NCBI RefSeq assembly: GCF_031769215.1
Contig: NW_026781956.1
Coordinates: forward strand, 124,001 to 188,000
Length of the DNA stretch: 64,000 bases
Origin: Ylistrum balloti
Lineage: Eukaryota
Reading direction: 5' to 3'
Below the pieces are notes generated by a model. That model saw nothing but the letters and a program-made list of their open reading frames with translations, was not told the DNA's origin and did not search any database. The position numbers and the translations under genes were made by a program. Positions 27,501 through 42,500 of this stretch are shown piece after piece (within the stretch, counting starts at the first letter, position 1; the number at the start of each line of letters is the position of its first letter).

Positions 27501-30500
27501 GAGGCTGTTTTCTTTTCCTGACAATTAGATCCCTTTCAGACCTTAAAACATTTCCTTTTTTTACTCCTAACTGCTTCACTGTATCACAAATATTTACATA
27601 ATGGGTGCAGTTGAAGAACCAGAAGAGGTTTACTTTTCTGAAACACATATAAACAAATATAAACTTTATTTATTTTACAACAATTGCGAAACAAGTTATG
27701 TCAACTTATACTAATCATTCTTGTTGACCCGGATGTAAGCGCGCGAGGGGTCTTATAGGTGAAAGGCGAGTGCGTTACCACTGCGCCACCCGACCACCCT
27801 TATTCTAATTCTCTTTATAGGTGTATAGGAATATTCGCCTAATTTTTTCTTTAGTTCATATTTTGTCCTAGTTTGATTTAATTTGAATTTTGATTATGAT
27901 TATGTAGACATGTTGGTATTTTCGTAATGTTTTTCGTGTTTAATTAAATTCTAACCTAGCCTTCAAGATTGTACAAAATATATACAAATTACTTGCACCC
28001 GTTCATACAAATTTAGAGTTAGATACGACAAAGCCAAACTCTTCAGTGATGCTATGGGCCTTAATTTTGAAGCTTAGGACGCGACTAAGAAAAATCCAAT
28101 GTGATCAAAGGAAATATCAAAATCTAGGTTGGGAAGTGCAATAAACTACTATTGCAACAAAGAAAATGTCATTTGCAAATATCTCATCTGATAATTTCAT
28201 ATCAATAGTAATACTAAAAAAGGTACCTAAGCCATGGAAATAACACTTATCAACCGAATCATGCGTCAACTAAAAGGTCACAAAATGTAGTCTATAGGCC
28301 ATATCCAGCGCTCAGAATAGCTCTCAATTACACCTCTTTGTAAACATGTATATAAAAACACAAAAGTCTAAAATATTACGTTGGCATTTGTTTGCGAATT
28401 GAAGTTATCGAAGTCTACAAACAACAAAGAAAACTGACATATACATTTTTTTAAATTAAAAACTCCAAATCGATCCAATCTGAGCATATATTTACAAAAA
28501 TGATTTATATACTTTAAAAAAAATGCAAGAACGATACGACAAGGTATTCTGGGAGAAGGAGACACATATTCTGCTTCACAGACGACACCCGTCTTATCAA
28601 TTAAAGTTATCAATGTCACATTAACAAATGAAAACAAGGTTAACAGAACCGAAATCTTCGGACAAAATAGCAAGTATCGAACACATCTAAGGACAGATGT
28701 CAGAAGGAAACTGAATTTTCATAATGACATCCTGATGATAAACGATAGTAATACCATTGTTTCGACTTCTAATTTAATGACGGGGGTTCGATTCACAGTT
28801 CATGAGTTCTGCGAACTACCATCCGCCCCTATAAAACTTATTAGCATAAAATGATAAAACCTGTTTCATAATCATTGCAAAGTATATAAAGTTTTACATT
28901 TTCTAGAGATCATTTCTTATTTTTTTATTAAAAGAATCACCAATATAACAGGAATGCAATGAGCTACGAGCAATAAGATATCGTCTCAATAGAATATCTT
29001 CAGAAAGTTCAAGAATGCAAATAAAGAATTCGCTAAAACTTTATGAGTTTTATTTAAGGGAACTCAACATATGTTATTAAACAGAGAGTCTTACACACTA
29101 GATGTCGTGAGAGTGATTTGCTGATGAGAATGTACTTTCATACTAACCTTAACCTTTTTTCCTGGCAGAAGGTAAATACGTTTGTTCAGGGTCTCAACAT
29201 ATACCAATTTAGTAAAAGATACATGCGTCTTTCCATAACGATGCTCGTTCTTCACCTCTACCTTGATTCTACAAAGGTCGTCTGGTTTTGTGGATTCCGT
29301 GAGAGTGTACCTACATGTTCCCATGAAGTGTATCATCTGACCGTCATAAGTTCTATAGTGAGGATCCCCGTACACAGAACACATACATGACTCTAAACAG
29401 AACAAAAAAAAAAAAAAAAAACTTGGTGTTATGTGTGAACCGAACATCAAAGATCTCAAGATCCGTATGATCAAATTACAATACAGAGTATAATATTTAG
29501 TTGTATTTCTTTAGAATTTATATACTGTTGTATATTATTGTATTGATACACGTGATTGTATATTTGAAACTGCTCTAAAGCTCCATCCATAGTCAACGTT
29601 GATAAATTAACGGATGAATTACCTTTTTCATAATTATTTACATTTGAATGCTAACATAGTTATTACTTGTAATCATTTGATGTGCTTTCTTAAAAAGGCC
29701 CGGGCCAGCATGTTGGATACAATATCCTACCTTCACAATTGTCGAAAGGATCCCCGAAGTATCCTTTTTTACAAGTACATTTCCCTTTCTTTTTCTCGGC
29801 GTTTCGTCCACATGTATTTGAATCTCTGCATTTTTCTGAATATGATTAAGTAATGCAATATTATATATAAACCACACTGCACGGTCTTTGACATCATACA
29901 TAATCATTTATCATGATTGAGGTCACATGATTTACCTGTCTGATTCAAGTTTGTGTACAGGAGTAATTTACTCTGTACATTAACTGAAATTATATCCACG
30001 CTATATATACGTGAAATTACAACAACTGCATGTGGTAGTGTCACTAAAATTACTTTTAATATTTTCCAGAAGTGAAACAGTTTCAGTTGCTCCCATGAAG
30101 TTTCATTTGCATTTAAAAAGTTCATGTATATGTGTTGGACATTTTCTTCACACCCACCTGGTTTTGTTACGTTGAACAATCCACGGCATCCTTTCTTTAC
30201 GAACAGAAATCTCCCTCTTAATCCAAACGTTTCTTTCTCTCTACAGCTTGCTTTGGAGTATTGTTTAACCAAAACCACTTTTTTAAATCGTTCGCCCAGT
30301 GGACATCGTCGGAATCTCCGTTTGGTACTTTCACATGTGATTTCTCGGTCACAGTTAGGTGACGATTCTGTTAATTATATCGGATTTAAAGATTTATTTC
30401 AAGTATGAAGAGGAAGTGTTGTGTTAATGTAGTTATTAATCCATACGTTAACATCTCAAACGGAAGATTGCAATAATATATTTTCTACTTTTAGGTTTGC

Positions 30501-33500
30501 ACGAAATGATAAAAGTGGGCCACACATGATGAAAAAGATTCTTCAGCTTTCTTATATACCTTTACATTTGCCGTTTTTGTCCGATTCATATCCGGATATA
30601 CAAACACATTCTCCGTTTACTCTCTCCTCGTTCTTTCCACATTGTTCTTCATCTGCCTTATTACATTCTAAAGTAACACAGAAGTATTATTCTTTTAAAA
30701 TCTTATATTGTTGGCATAATTAAATCTTAATAAATTATTAAGAAACAAACCATTTTCTGAAGACAAACTCCTTAATCAAACTTTAATAACGTTGTCGGGG
30801 TATTATATTATTTTAAAATAATTCAAAAATAAATGCCCCAGTGTAACATTCCAAGGGAAGTACAATGACCCTACTAAACACATACGATCGTCAACCATTT
30901 AACAAACGGCCAGGTTATGTTACGAATTGGACAGTATCATTTCAAAACAATACGATATTCATAATTCACAAGTCAACAATTTTCACACGCTAAACATATC
31001 TTACCTTCACTTTTGACTATAAATTTTCCCCGACACCCATCTTTGACATACATCTTGCCACTGTTAGTTACACCATAAGATTTTCCTTTATCGCAACTAC
31101 TCCTGGAATATTGTTTCTTTAACATGACTTCATGAATTGAGAATTTTGTCTCAAGTGGCTCGCTGGAAGTCTTTACTGGAGCAAACAATGGTATCCTTGT
31201 GACATTCTGTAATCACAAATGTATTAACACATGTATCATATGTTTAATTTGATATAGGCATTGATCAAATCATTTCCGTTATTCAATGTAAATGTAAAGT
31301 ATTGATGTCTTAAATACTTACTTGTTCAATGAGCTAAAATCATGATAATAGGCTAATTTGGTGATATATGTATTGGAAAAGAACTCCGTTACACTTAAAT
31401 GACAAGTGCTCGTGCAATAGCTCAGTAAACTACGTCGTAAACTATAATTGGTACGCAACTTGGAAAGCATTTTCATTGTCGTATGACATTAAAAAGAGAT
31501 AACAATTTAATTAGAGAAGTCATACTTGCAATATTCGGTATATACAATCACTCATCTGGTGAGAGAAGTTAAAAAAAAACCGTTTTTTTTTTTTTGGTTT
31601 TTTAAGAGAAATTGGTACCATATCACACTAGGATTTTAAAACAGATGTTGTAATTCTAATAGTGAAGAAAATGGTTATGGAAAATTGATAGGTTAAGGTG
31701 ATATACTATTATTGAGAATTTCGTCAGCGATTGATTATTGGTATTGTATATACCTTTACATTTGCCGTTTTTGTCCGATTCATATCCGGATATACAAACA
31801 CATTCTCCGTTTACTCTCTCCTCGTTCTTTCCACATTGTTCTTCATTGCCTTATTACATTCTAAAGTAACACAGAAGTATTATTCTTTTAAAATCTTATA
31901 TGGCATAATTAAATCTTAATAAATTATTAAGAAACAAACCATTTTCTGAAGACAAACTCCTTAATCAAACTTTAATAACGTTGTGTATTATATTATTTTA
32001 AAATAATTCAAAAATAAATGTCCCAGTGTAACATTCCAAGGGAAGTACAATGACCCTACTAAACACATACGATCGTCAACCATTTAACAAACGGCCAGGT
32101 TATGTTACGAATTGGACAGTATCATTTCAAAACAATACGATATTCATAATTCACAAGTCAACAATTTTCACACGCTAAACATATCTTACCTTCACTTTTG
32201 ACTATAAATTTTCCCCGACACCCATCTTTGACATACATCTTGCCACTGTTAGTTACACCATAAGATTTTCCTTTATCGCAACTACTCCTGGAATATTGTT
32301 TCTTTAACATGACTTCATGAATTGAGAATTTTGTCTCACAAGTGGCTCGCTGGAAGTCTTTACTGGAGCAAACAATGGTATCCTTGTGACATTCTGTAAT
32401 CACAAATGTATTAACACATGTATCATATGTTTAATTTGATATAGGCATTGATCAAATCATTTCCGTTATTCAATTTGAATGTAAAGTATTGATGTCTTAA
32501 ATACTTACTTGTTCAATGAGCTAAAATCATGATAATAGGCTAATTTGGTGATATATGTATTGGAAAAGAACTCCGTTACACTTAAATGACAAGTGCTCGT
32601 GCAATAGCTCAGTAAACTACGTCGTAAACTATAATTGGTACGCAACTTGGAAAGCATTTTCATTGTCGTATGACATTAAAAAGAGATAACAATTTGATTA
32701 GAGAAGTCATACTTGCAATATTCGGTATATACAATCACTCATCTGGTGAGAGAAGTTAAAAAAAACCCGTTTTTTTTTTTTTTTTTTTGTTTTTTAAGAG
32801 AAATTGGTACCATATCACAGGCGCTAGGATTTTAAAACAGATGTTGTAATTCTAATAGTGAAGAAAATGGTTATGGAAAATTGATAGGTTAAGGTGATAT
32901 ACTATACTTATTGAGAATTTCGTCAGCGATTGATTATTGGTATTGTATATACCTTTACATTTGCCGTTTTTGTCCGATTCATATCCGGATATACAAACAC
33001 ATTCTCCGTTTACTCTCTCCTCGTTCTTTCCACATTGTTCTTCATCTGCCTTATTACATTCTAAAGTAACACAGAAGTATTATTCTTTTAAAATCTTATA
33101 TTGTTGGCATAATTAAATCTTAATAAATTATTAAGAAACAAACCATTTTCTGAAGACAAACTCTTTAATCAAACTTTAATAACGTTGTCGGGGTATTATA
33201 TTATTTTAAAATAATTCAAAAATAAATGTCCCAGTGTAACATTCCAAGGGAAGTACAATGACCCTACTAAACACATACGATCGTCAACCATTTAACAAAC
33301 GGCCAGGTTATGTTACGAATTGGACAGTATCATTTCAAAACAATACGATATTCATAATTCACAAGTCAACAATTTTCACACGCTAAACATATCTTACCTT
33401 CACTTTTGACTATAAATTTTCCCCGACACCCATCTTTGACATACATCTTGCCACTGTTAGTTACACCATAAGATTTTCCTTTATCGCAACTACTCCTGGA

Positions 33501-36500
33501 ATATTGTTTCTTTAACATGACTTCATGAATTGAGAATTTTGTCTCACAAGTGGCTCGCTGGAAGTCTTTACTGGAGCAAACAATGGTATCCTTGTGACAT
33601 TCTGTAATCACAAATGTATTAACACATGTATCATATGTTTAATTATAGGCATTGATCAAATCATTTCCGTTATTCAATTTAAATGTAAAGTATTGATGTC
33701 TTAAATACTTACTTGTTCAATGAGCTAAAATCATGATAATAGGCTAATTTGGTGATATATGTATTGGAAAAGAACTCCGTTACACTTAAATGACAAGTGC
33801 TCGTGCAATAGCTCAGTAAACTACGTCGTAAACTTTAATTGGTACGCAACTTGGAAAGCATTTTCATTGTCGTATGACATTAAAAAGAGATAACAATTTA
33901 ATTAGAGAAGTCATACTTGCAATATTCGGTATATACAATCACTCATCTGGTGAGAGAAGTTAAAAAAAACCGTTTTTTTTTTTGGTTTTTTAAGAGAAAT
34001 TGGTACCATATCACAGGCGCTAGGATTTTAAAACAGATGTTGTAATTCTAATAGTGAAGAAAATGGTTATGGAAAATTGATAGGTTAAGGTGATATACTA
34101 TACTTATTGAGAATTTCGTCAGCGATTGATTATTGGTATTGTATATACCTTTACATTTGCCGTTTTTGTCCGATTCATATCCGGATATACAAACACATTC
34201 TCCGTTTACTCTCTCCTCGTTCTTTCCACATTGTTCTTCATCTGCCTTATTACATTCTAAAGTAACACAGAAGTATTATTCTTTTAAAATCTTATATTGT
34301 TGGCATAATTAAATCTTAATAAATTATTAAGAAACAAACCATTTTCTGAAGACAAACTCTTTAATCAAACTTTAATAACGTTGTCGGGGTATTATATTAT
34401 TTTAAAATAATTCAAAAATAAATGTCCCAGTGTAACATTCCAAGGGAAGTACAATGACCCTACTAAACACATACGATCGTCAACCATTTAACAAACGGCC
34501 AGGTTATGTTACGAATTGGACAGTATCATTTCAAAACAATACGATATTCATAATTCACAAGTCAACAATTTTCACACGCTAAACATATCTTACCTTCACT
34601 TTTGACTATAAATTTTCCCCGACACCCATCTTTGACATACATCTTGCCACTGTTAGTTACACCATAAGATTTTCCTTTATCGCAACTACTCCTGGAATAT
34701 TGTTTCTTTAACATGACTTCATGAATTGAGAATTTTGTCTCACAAGTGGCTCGCTGGAAGTCTTTACTGGAGCAAACAATGGTATCCTTGTGACATTCTG
34801 TAACCACAAATGTATTAACACATGTATCATATGTTTAATTTGATATAGGCATTGATCAAATCATTTCCGTTATTCAATGTAAATGTAAAGTATTGATGTC
34901 TTAAATACTTACTTGTTCAATGAGCTAAAATCATGATAATAGGCCTAAAATTGCCTATAGAATATCGATATTCATCTCGTCTGAAAATATTGCTTTATTC
35001 TGAATTATGAAGAAAATACGCATGGTGTCCAAAGAGAACCAGTAGCATAAATATCATCTTTTGCATGTTCCACATGGTTTAGTGACCGAAGTAATTGCTC
35101 TAATTGGCCACCATATTCGTGTCAAACTAACAGGTATTAAAAACGCACCATTATTGGGTATAGAAGGGTTTTTAATTACCTTGACCATAACGAAAGTTTC
35201 TCAACAGGTCTATGCAAACTTAAGGCTATAATTGTTCATATGATAAAATACAAAAATGTAATGAATTATCTGCTGCGACGAAGCATCAACTGACAGCATT
35301 GAATACCTTGAAATCATATTTTGTGTCCAAAAACCCGAAAAATCCCTTTTGACGAGCCCTGGAATGTGAGAAAACAAATTAACAATAATTACTTGTACAG
35401 TGTTTGCCGTTTCCTTGGTAACCTGGTAAACACACGCATTGTTTCCGACCATCTTTTACATTACACTTTGCGGCTTTGTCGCAACCATTTCCTTCGTCTA
35501 TCACGTTCATTGTTGGTACTGATGTTTTATTCCTTTGACACTGATACTCTTTTCTACAGTCGTCCGTGACATATTTGTCGCCAATCTGTTGCCAATTATA
35601 CATATTACATTCACATCCCAAAATAGTTTCACTTCAGAGCACTCCAGTGATAAACCATGATCTTATCAAGTTATTAGATGCGATCTGAAATTATGTATCT
35701 ATATCAGATCAATTACATTACTGACATAATTCGTGCAAATGTTATTTATGTTATTTATTCTTCGACTTGAAATTAAATGTCAGTAAGAAATAAAATGGCA
35801 ATTATCGCAAGATTTGTACATTTATACAAGTACATTTGATAGACGAAATATAGTTTGGTTAACATCATATTGCTCAGAGAGACGAAACTTCATAGAACTT
35901 TACCTTGAAATAATGTCCATCAAGTGAACAGCCACAATCATCCGCCTTAACGCACGTTAAATCATTGCGGACGTATCCCTCCTTGCAAACGCAGCCTTCA
36001 GTTGCTGGTAACCCACACACAAAATCGGGCATATCTGTTGGTTCTCCGCATGTGTCTTGACATGCCGCCACCTCGTGACTGTATTCTTCATTCTCGTTAC
36101 ATATCATCGCTTTCAAGACATAAAACAATTCGAACGTTGTCATCAAATCGTCAAATTGTCTTTCGTTTAATTGTAATAAATGCATACTTAAAAGGACAAC
36201 ATATATACATTTATATGTCAGTCTTGGAAATATTTAAGTAATAGAATTCTCGGGAAGATGCAGGAAACGACTGTATCTAATTTCGATGTACGAATATGTT
36301 TCAAACTCATGCCGTTTCGTTTCGACGTTTTCTCAGATTTTGAATTTTACTACCATATCGTTGTTACTGTATTTGACTTGTTAACAATGAACTGAGATAG
36401 ACAAATATGAAGGAAGAAACTACAATACTCACGGCAGAACTTTGTGGTTCTCCACGACACTTGGATTCCATAATCTCCTAACGTAGAAACGAAGTCTTCG

Positions 36501-39500
36501 ATAGATGAACAAGCAACTTTCGTTGCATCTGTTTTCATGTAAGCGCAAACATCAATGATGCAAGACGCAAGCGCTTCATCAGCGATGGCTTTCAAGTCTG
36601 GATTACGCTTTAAAATGTCCACAAATGGTCCCTCTTGTCCTCTTAATATCCCGCAATACTTACGTGACATTACGCTTTCTTTTACTTTGTCATTTGTACA
36701 TTTCTCGAATGGATGACCATCACGTTTACAACTGAAAAAAGTATATCAAGTCACAGTGTTTTATGACGACGGGACCAAGAAATAAGTCTACTTAAGCATT
36801 GTTCGTTCAACATATATGATGAAATTTGGAGGGAAAATCATATATAATCCATTGTAAGAAATATCAATACTGGTAAATCAAAACACTTATTTATGGCTGA
36901 TATTTAATAAATACATATCAAAATAAAGAGCTACGCGCTAGAGTTTAAATTTTGTGCAGTTGTGAAATGAAAAACACAAATGTTTGCTGAAATATCGTTC
37001 ATAACACTTTAAACATTATGCAAAACATCGAATACAGAGGCTGAAATATTCTACAGTCGTTATAAAACGAAGCCTTTTTTAGATATGCATTCGCTTGTGC
37101 TACACTAGGGAGAGTCAGAAGGGTTTTATGTTCTGTTTGTCGCGGTCGACAGTCGAAATTCCCCTTTAAGTATACGCATGCAAAGACTCTAACGATCCCT
37201 GCGAAGGTCAGCATTCAAGCAATGTGTTATATGCTTTACAAAAGTATCATATTTATAAATCATGCATCGATGGACAGACAAAACATTTTTCTACTAACTT
37301 GCATGTGTGTCAAAGCCCTTGAAAGATTAAAACAACTAAGCTAAGTATCTCCACTCCTTTTCTTAACAACTTCACTGCAATGATCACCAGTATGGAATCC
37401 CTCTAGACTTATCCTTGTAAATCTACCTTGCCGCTAATCCTACAAGATTTTACGTTTACATTACTTGTGTTTACAACAACTCTCTTTATTTGTAAATATC
37501 ACAAGTGTTGGACATTTACTCGGACACAGGCACCAATACAATCGTATATGTAATACGTCACGCTATGGTGGCGAAACTCAGACGCGACGATTCCACAAGG
37601 TCAGTGCATTATATTTGTTATACGAAATCCGTTTTATATTTGGAATTTTACCTTCAAAAGATAGGATGCTTGGCAAGGAATGAAAAATACTACGCATACC
37701 ATGAAATAGTGTTTCGTTATATGATATAATTTATCTGTGTGTGCGTTTGATTAAATCTAATAGAATCGCGGTTCCTTTATAAAACGTTTTCCATACTGAA
37801 TGCAATTTGCATATATTCTATCATTAGGATTGATGAGAGCATGGGTAAAACGGTAATTTTGTGTCAAATTGACCGATTTTCTTTTTAACCCTGTTTATTC
37901 CTACTGAAGGTGGGTATTACTCACACTTTATCTTTCTCAATGACTCTGTAGCTCTCTCCAATCAAGTTATATCGGTTTTTTTCTGTTGAGACGTCAGTTC
38001 CATCCTTCGTTCTATAGTCATCCCTTTTACCATTACAATCACCACATATACCTTTCAAATGGCCACTATACGACTTGGGAACTTTGACTTTAACCCTGGA
38101 TCGACCGTCCCACGTTATCGTGTGATTACATTTCTTCGTTCTCAGTTCGACGGATTCACCTCTAATCATCAAGGATACACCGTTTTCGGTGAAAGGCAAA
38201 CGAACCTTTAAATCATCCACCTATTCAACAGAAATACACATTTGAGTAAAATTATATTATGGCAGTCAGAGGCTGTTTTCTTTTCCTGACAATTAGATCC
38301 CTTTCAGACCTTAAAACATTTCCTTTTTTTACTCCTAACTGCTTCACTGAATCACAAATATTTACATAATGGGTGCAGTTGAAGAACCAGAAGAGGTTTA
38401 CTTTTCTGAAACACATATAAACAAATATAAACTTTATTTATTTTACAACAATTGCGAAACAAGTTATGTCAACTTATACTAATCATTCTTGTTGACCCGG
38501 ATGTAAGCGCGCGAGGGGTCTTATAGGTGAAAGGCGAGTGCGTTACCACTGCGCCACCCGACCACCCTTATTCTAATTCTCTTTATAGGTGTATAGGAAT
38601 ATTCGCCTAATTTTTTCTTTAGTTCATATTTTGTCCTAGTTTGATTTAATTTGAATTTGATTATGATTATGTAGACATGTTGGTATTTTCGTAATGTTTT
38701 TCGTGTTTAATTAAATTCTAACCTAGCCTTCAAGATTGTACAAAATATATACAAATTACTTGCACCCGTTCATACAAATTTAGAGTTAGATACGACAAAG
38801 CCAAACTCTTCAGTGATGCTATGGGCCTTAATTTTGAAGCTTAGGACGCGACTAAGAAAAATCCAATGTGATCAAAGGAAATATCAAAATCTAGGTTGGG
38901 AAGTGCAATAAACTACTATTGCAACAAAGAAAATGTCATTTGCAAATATCTCATCTGATAATTTCATATCAATAGTAATACTAAAAAAGGTACCTAAGCC
39001 ATGGAAATAACACTTATCAACCGAATCATGCGTCAACTAAAAGGTCACAAAATGTAGTCTATAGGCCATATCCAGCGCTCAGAATAGCTCTCAATTACAC
39101 CTCTTTGTAAACATGTATATAAAAACACAAAAGTCTAAAATATTACGTTGGCATTTGTTTGCGAATTGAAGTTATCGAAGTCTACAAACAACAAAGAAAA
39201 CTGACATATACATTTTTTTAAATTAAAAACTCCAAATCGATCAAATCTGAGCATATATTTACAAAAATGATTTATATACTTTAAAAAAATGCAAGAACGA
39301 TACGACAAGGTATTCTGGGAGAAGGAGACACATATTCTGCTTCACAGACGACACCCGTCTTATCAATTAAAGTTATCAATGTCACATTAACAAATGAAAA
39401 CAAGGTTAACAGAACCGAAATCTTCGGACAAAATAGCAAGTATCGAACACATCTAAGGACAGATGTCAGAAGGAAACTGAATTTTCATAATGACATCCTG

Positions 39501-42500
39501 ATGATAAACGATAGTAATACCATTGTTTCGACTTCTAATTTAATGACGGGGGTTCGATTCACAGTTCATGAGTTCTGCGAACTACCATCCGCCCCTATAA
39601 AACTTATTAGCATAAAATGATAAAACCTGTTTCATAATCATTGCAAAGTATATAAAGTTTTACATTTTCTAGAGATCATTTCTTATTTTTTTATTAAAAG
39701 AATCACCAATATAACAGGAATGCAATGAGCTACGAGCAATAAGATATCGTCTCAATAGAATATCTTCAGAAAGTTCAAGAATGCAAATAAAGAATTCGCT
39801 AAAACTTTATGAGTTTTATTTAAGGGAACTCAACATATGTTATTAAACAGAGAGTCTTACACACTAGATGTCGTGAGAGTGATTTGCTGATGAGAATGTA
39901 CTTTCATACTAACCTTAACCTTTTTTCCTGGCAGAAGGTAAATACGTTTGTTCAGGGTCTCAACATATACCAATTTAGTAAAAGATACATGCGTCTTTCC
40001 ATAACGATGCTCGTTCTTCACCTCTACCTTGATTCTACAAAGGTCGTCTGGTTTTGTGGATTCCGTGAGAGTGTACCTACATGTTCCCATGAAGTGTATC
40101 ATCTGACCGTCATAAGTTCTATAGTGAGGATCCCCGTACACAGAACACATACATGACTCTAAACATAAAAAAAAAAAAAAAAAAAAAAACTTGGTGTTAT
40201 GTGTGAACCGAACATCAAAGATCTCAAGATCCGTATGATCAAATTACAATACAGAGTATAATATTTAGTTGTATTTCTTTAGAATTTATATACTGTTGTA
40301 TATTATTGTATTGATACACGTGATTGTATATTTGAAACTGCTCTAAAGCTCCATCCATAGTCAACGTTGATAAATTAACGGATGAATTACCTTTTTCATA
40401 ATTATTTACATTTGAATGCTAACATAGTTATTACTTGTAATCATTTGATGTGCTTTCTTAAAAAGGCCCGGGCCAGCATGTTGGATACAATATCCTACCT
40501 TCACAATTGTCGAAAGGATCCCCGAAGTATCCTTTTTTACAAGTACATTTCCCTTTCTTTTTCTCGGCGTTTCGTCCACATGTATTTGAATCTCTGCATT
40601 TTTCTGAATATGATTAAGTAATGCAATATTATATATAAACCACACTGCACGGTCTTTGACATCATACATAATCATTTATCATGATTGAGGTCACATGATT
40701 TACCTGTCTGATTCAAGTTTGTGTACAGGAGTAATTTACTCTGTACATTAACTGAAATTATATCCACGCTATATATACGTGAAATTACAACAACTGCATG
40801 TGGTAGTGTCACTAAAATTACTTTTAATATTTTCCAGAAGTGAAACAGTTTCAGTTGCTCCCATGAAGTTTCATTTGCATTTAAAAAGTTCATGTATATG
40901 TGTTGGACATTTTCTTCACACCCACCTGGTTTTGTTACGTTGAACAATCCACGGCATCCTTTCTTTACGAACAGAAATCTTCCTCTTAATCCAAACGTTT
41001 CTTTCTCTCTACAGCTTGCTTTGGAGTATTGTTTAACCAAAACCACTTTTTTAAATCGTTCGCCCAGTGGACATCGTCGGAATCTCCGTTTGGTACTTTC
41101 ACATGTGATTTCTCGGTCACAGTTAGGTGACGATTCTGTTAATTATATCGGATTTAAAGATTTATTTCAAGTATGAAGAGGAAGTGTTGTGTTAATGTAG
41201 TTATTAATCCATACGTTAACATCTCAAACGGAAGATTGCAATAATATATTTTCTACTTTTAGGTTTGCACGAAATGATAAAAGTGGGCCACACATGATGA
41301 AAAAGATTCTTCAGCTTTCTTATATACCTTTACATTTGCCGTTTTTGTCCGATTCATATCCGGATATACAAACACATTCTCCGTTTACTCTCTCCTCGTT
41401 CTTTCCACATTGTTCTTCATCTGCCTTATTACATTCTAAAGTAACACAGAAGTATTATTCTTTTAAAATCTTATATTGTTGGCATAATTAAATCTTAATA
41501 AATTATTAAGAAACAAACCATTTTCTGAAGACAAACTCCTTAATCAAACTTTAATAACGTTGTCGGGGTATTATATTATTTTAAAATAATTCAAAAATAA
41601 ATGTCCCAGTGTAACATTCCAAGGGAAGTACAATGACCCTACTAAACACATACGATCGTCAACCATTTAACAAACGGCCAGGTTATGTTACGAATTGGAC
41701 AGTATCATTTCAAAACAATACGATATTCATAATTCACAAGTCAACAATTTTCACACGCTAAACATATCTTACCTTCACTTTTGACTATAAATTTTCCCCG
41801 ACACCCATCTTTGACATACATCTTGCCACTGTTAGTTACACCATAAGATTTTCCTTTATCGCAACTACTCCTGGAATATTGCTTTTTTAACATGACTTCA
41901 TGAATTGAGAATTTTGTCTCACAAGTGGCTGGCTGGAAGTAATTACTGGAGCAATTGATGGTATCCTTTTGACATTCTGTAATCACAAATGTATTAACAC
42001 ATGTATCATATGTTTAATTTGATATAGGCATTGATCAAATCATTTCCGTTATTCAATTTGAATGTAAAGTATTGATGTCTTAAATACTTACTTGTTCAAT
42101 GAGCTAAAATCATGATAATAGGCTAATTTGGTGATATATGTATTGGAAAAGAACTCCGTTACACTTAAATGACAAGTGCTCGTGCAATAGCTCAGTAAAC
42201 TACGTCGTAAACTATAATTGGTACGCAACTTGGAAAGCATTTTCATTGTCGTATGACATTAAAAAGAGATAACAATTTGATTAGAGAAGTCATACTTGCA
42301 ATATTCGGTATATACAATCACTCATCTGGTGAGAGAAGTTTTAAAAAAACCCGTTTTTTTTTTGTTTTTTAAGAGAAATTGGTACCATATCACAGGCGCT
42401 AGGATTTTAAAACAGATGTTGTAATTCTAATAGTGAAGAAAATGGTTATGGAAAATTGATAGGTTAAGGTGATATACTATACTTATTGAGAATTTCGTCA

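Noticed and set aside
31005-31860. -1 and -2 indels in consecutive exons as a compensating frameshift pair
   Set aside because: The shifted frame reads ATG AAG AAC AAT GTG GAA AGA ACG AGG AGA GAG TAA, stopping before the second indel.
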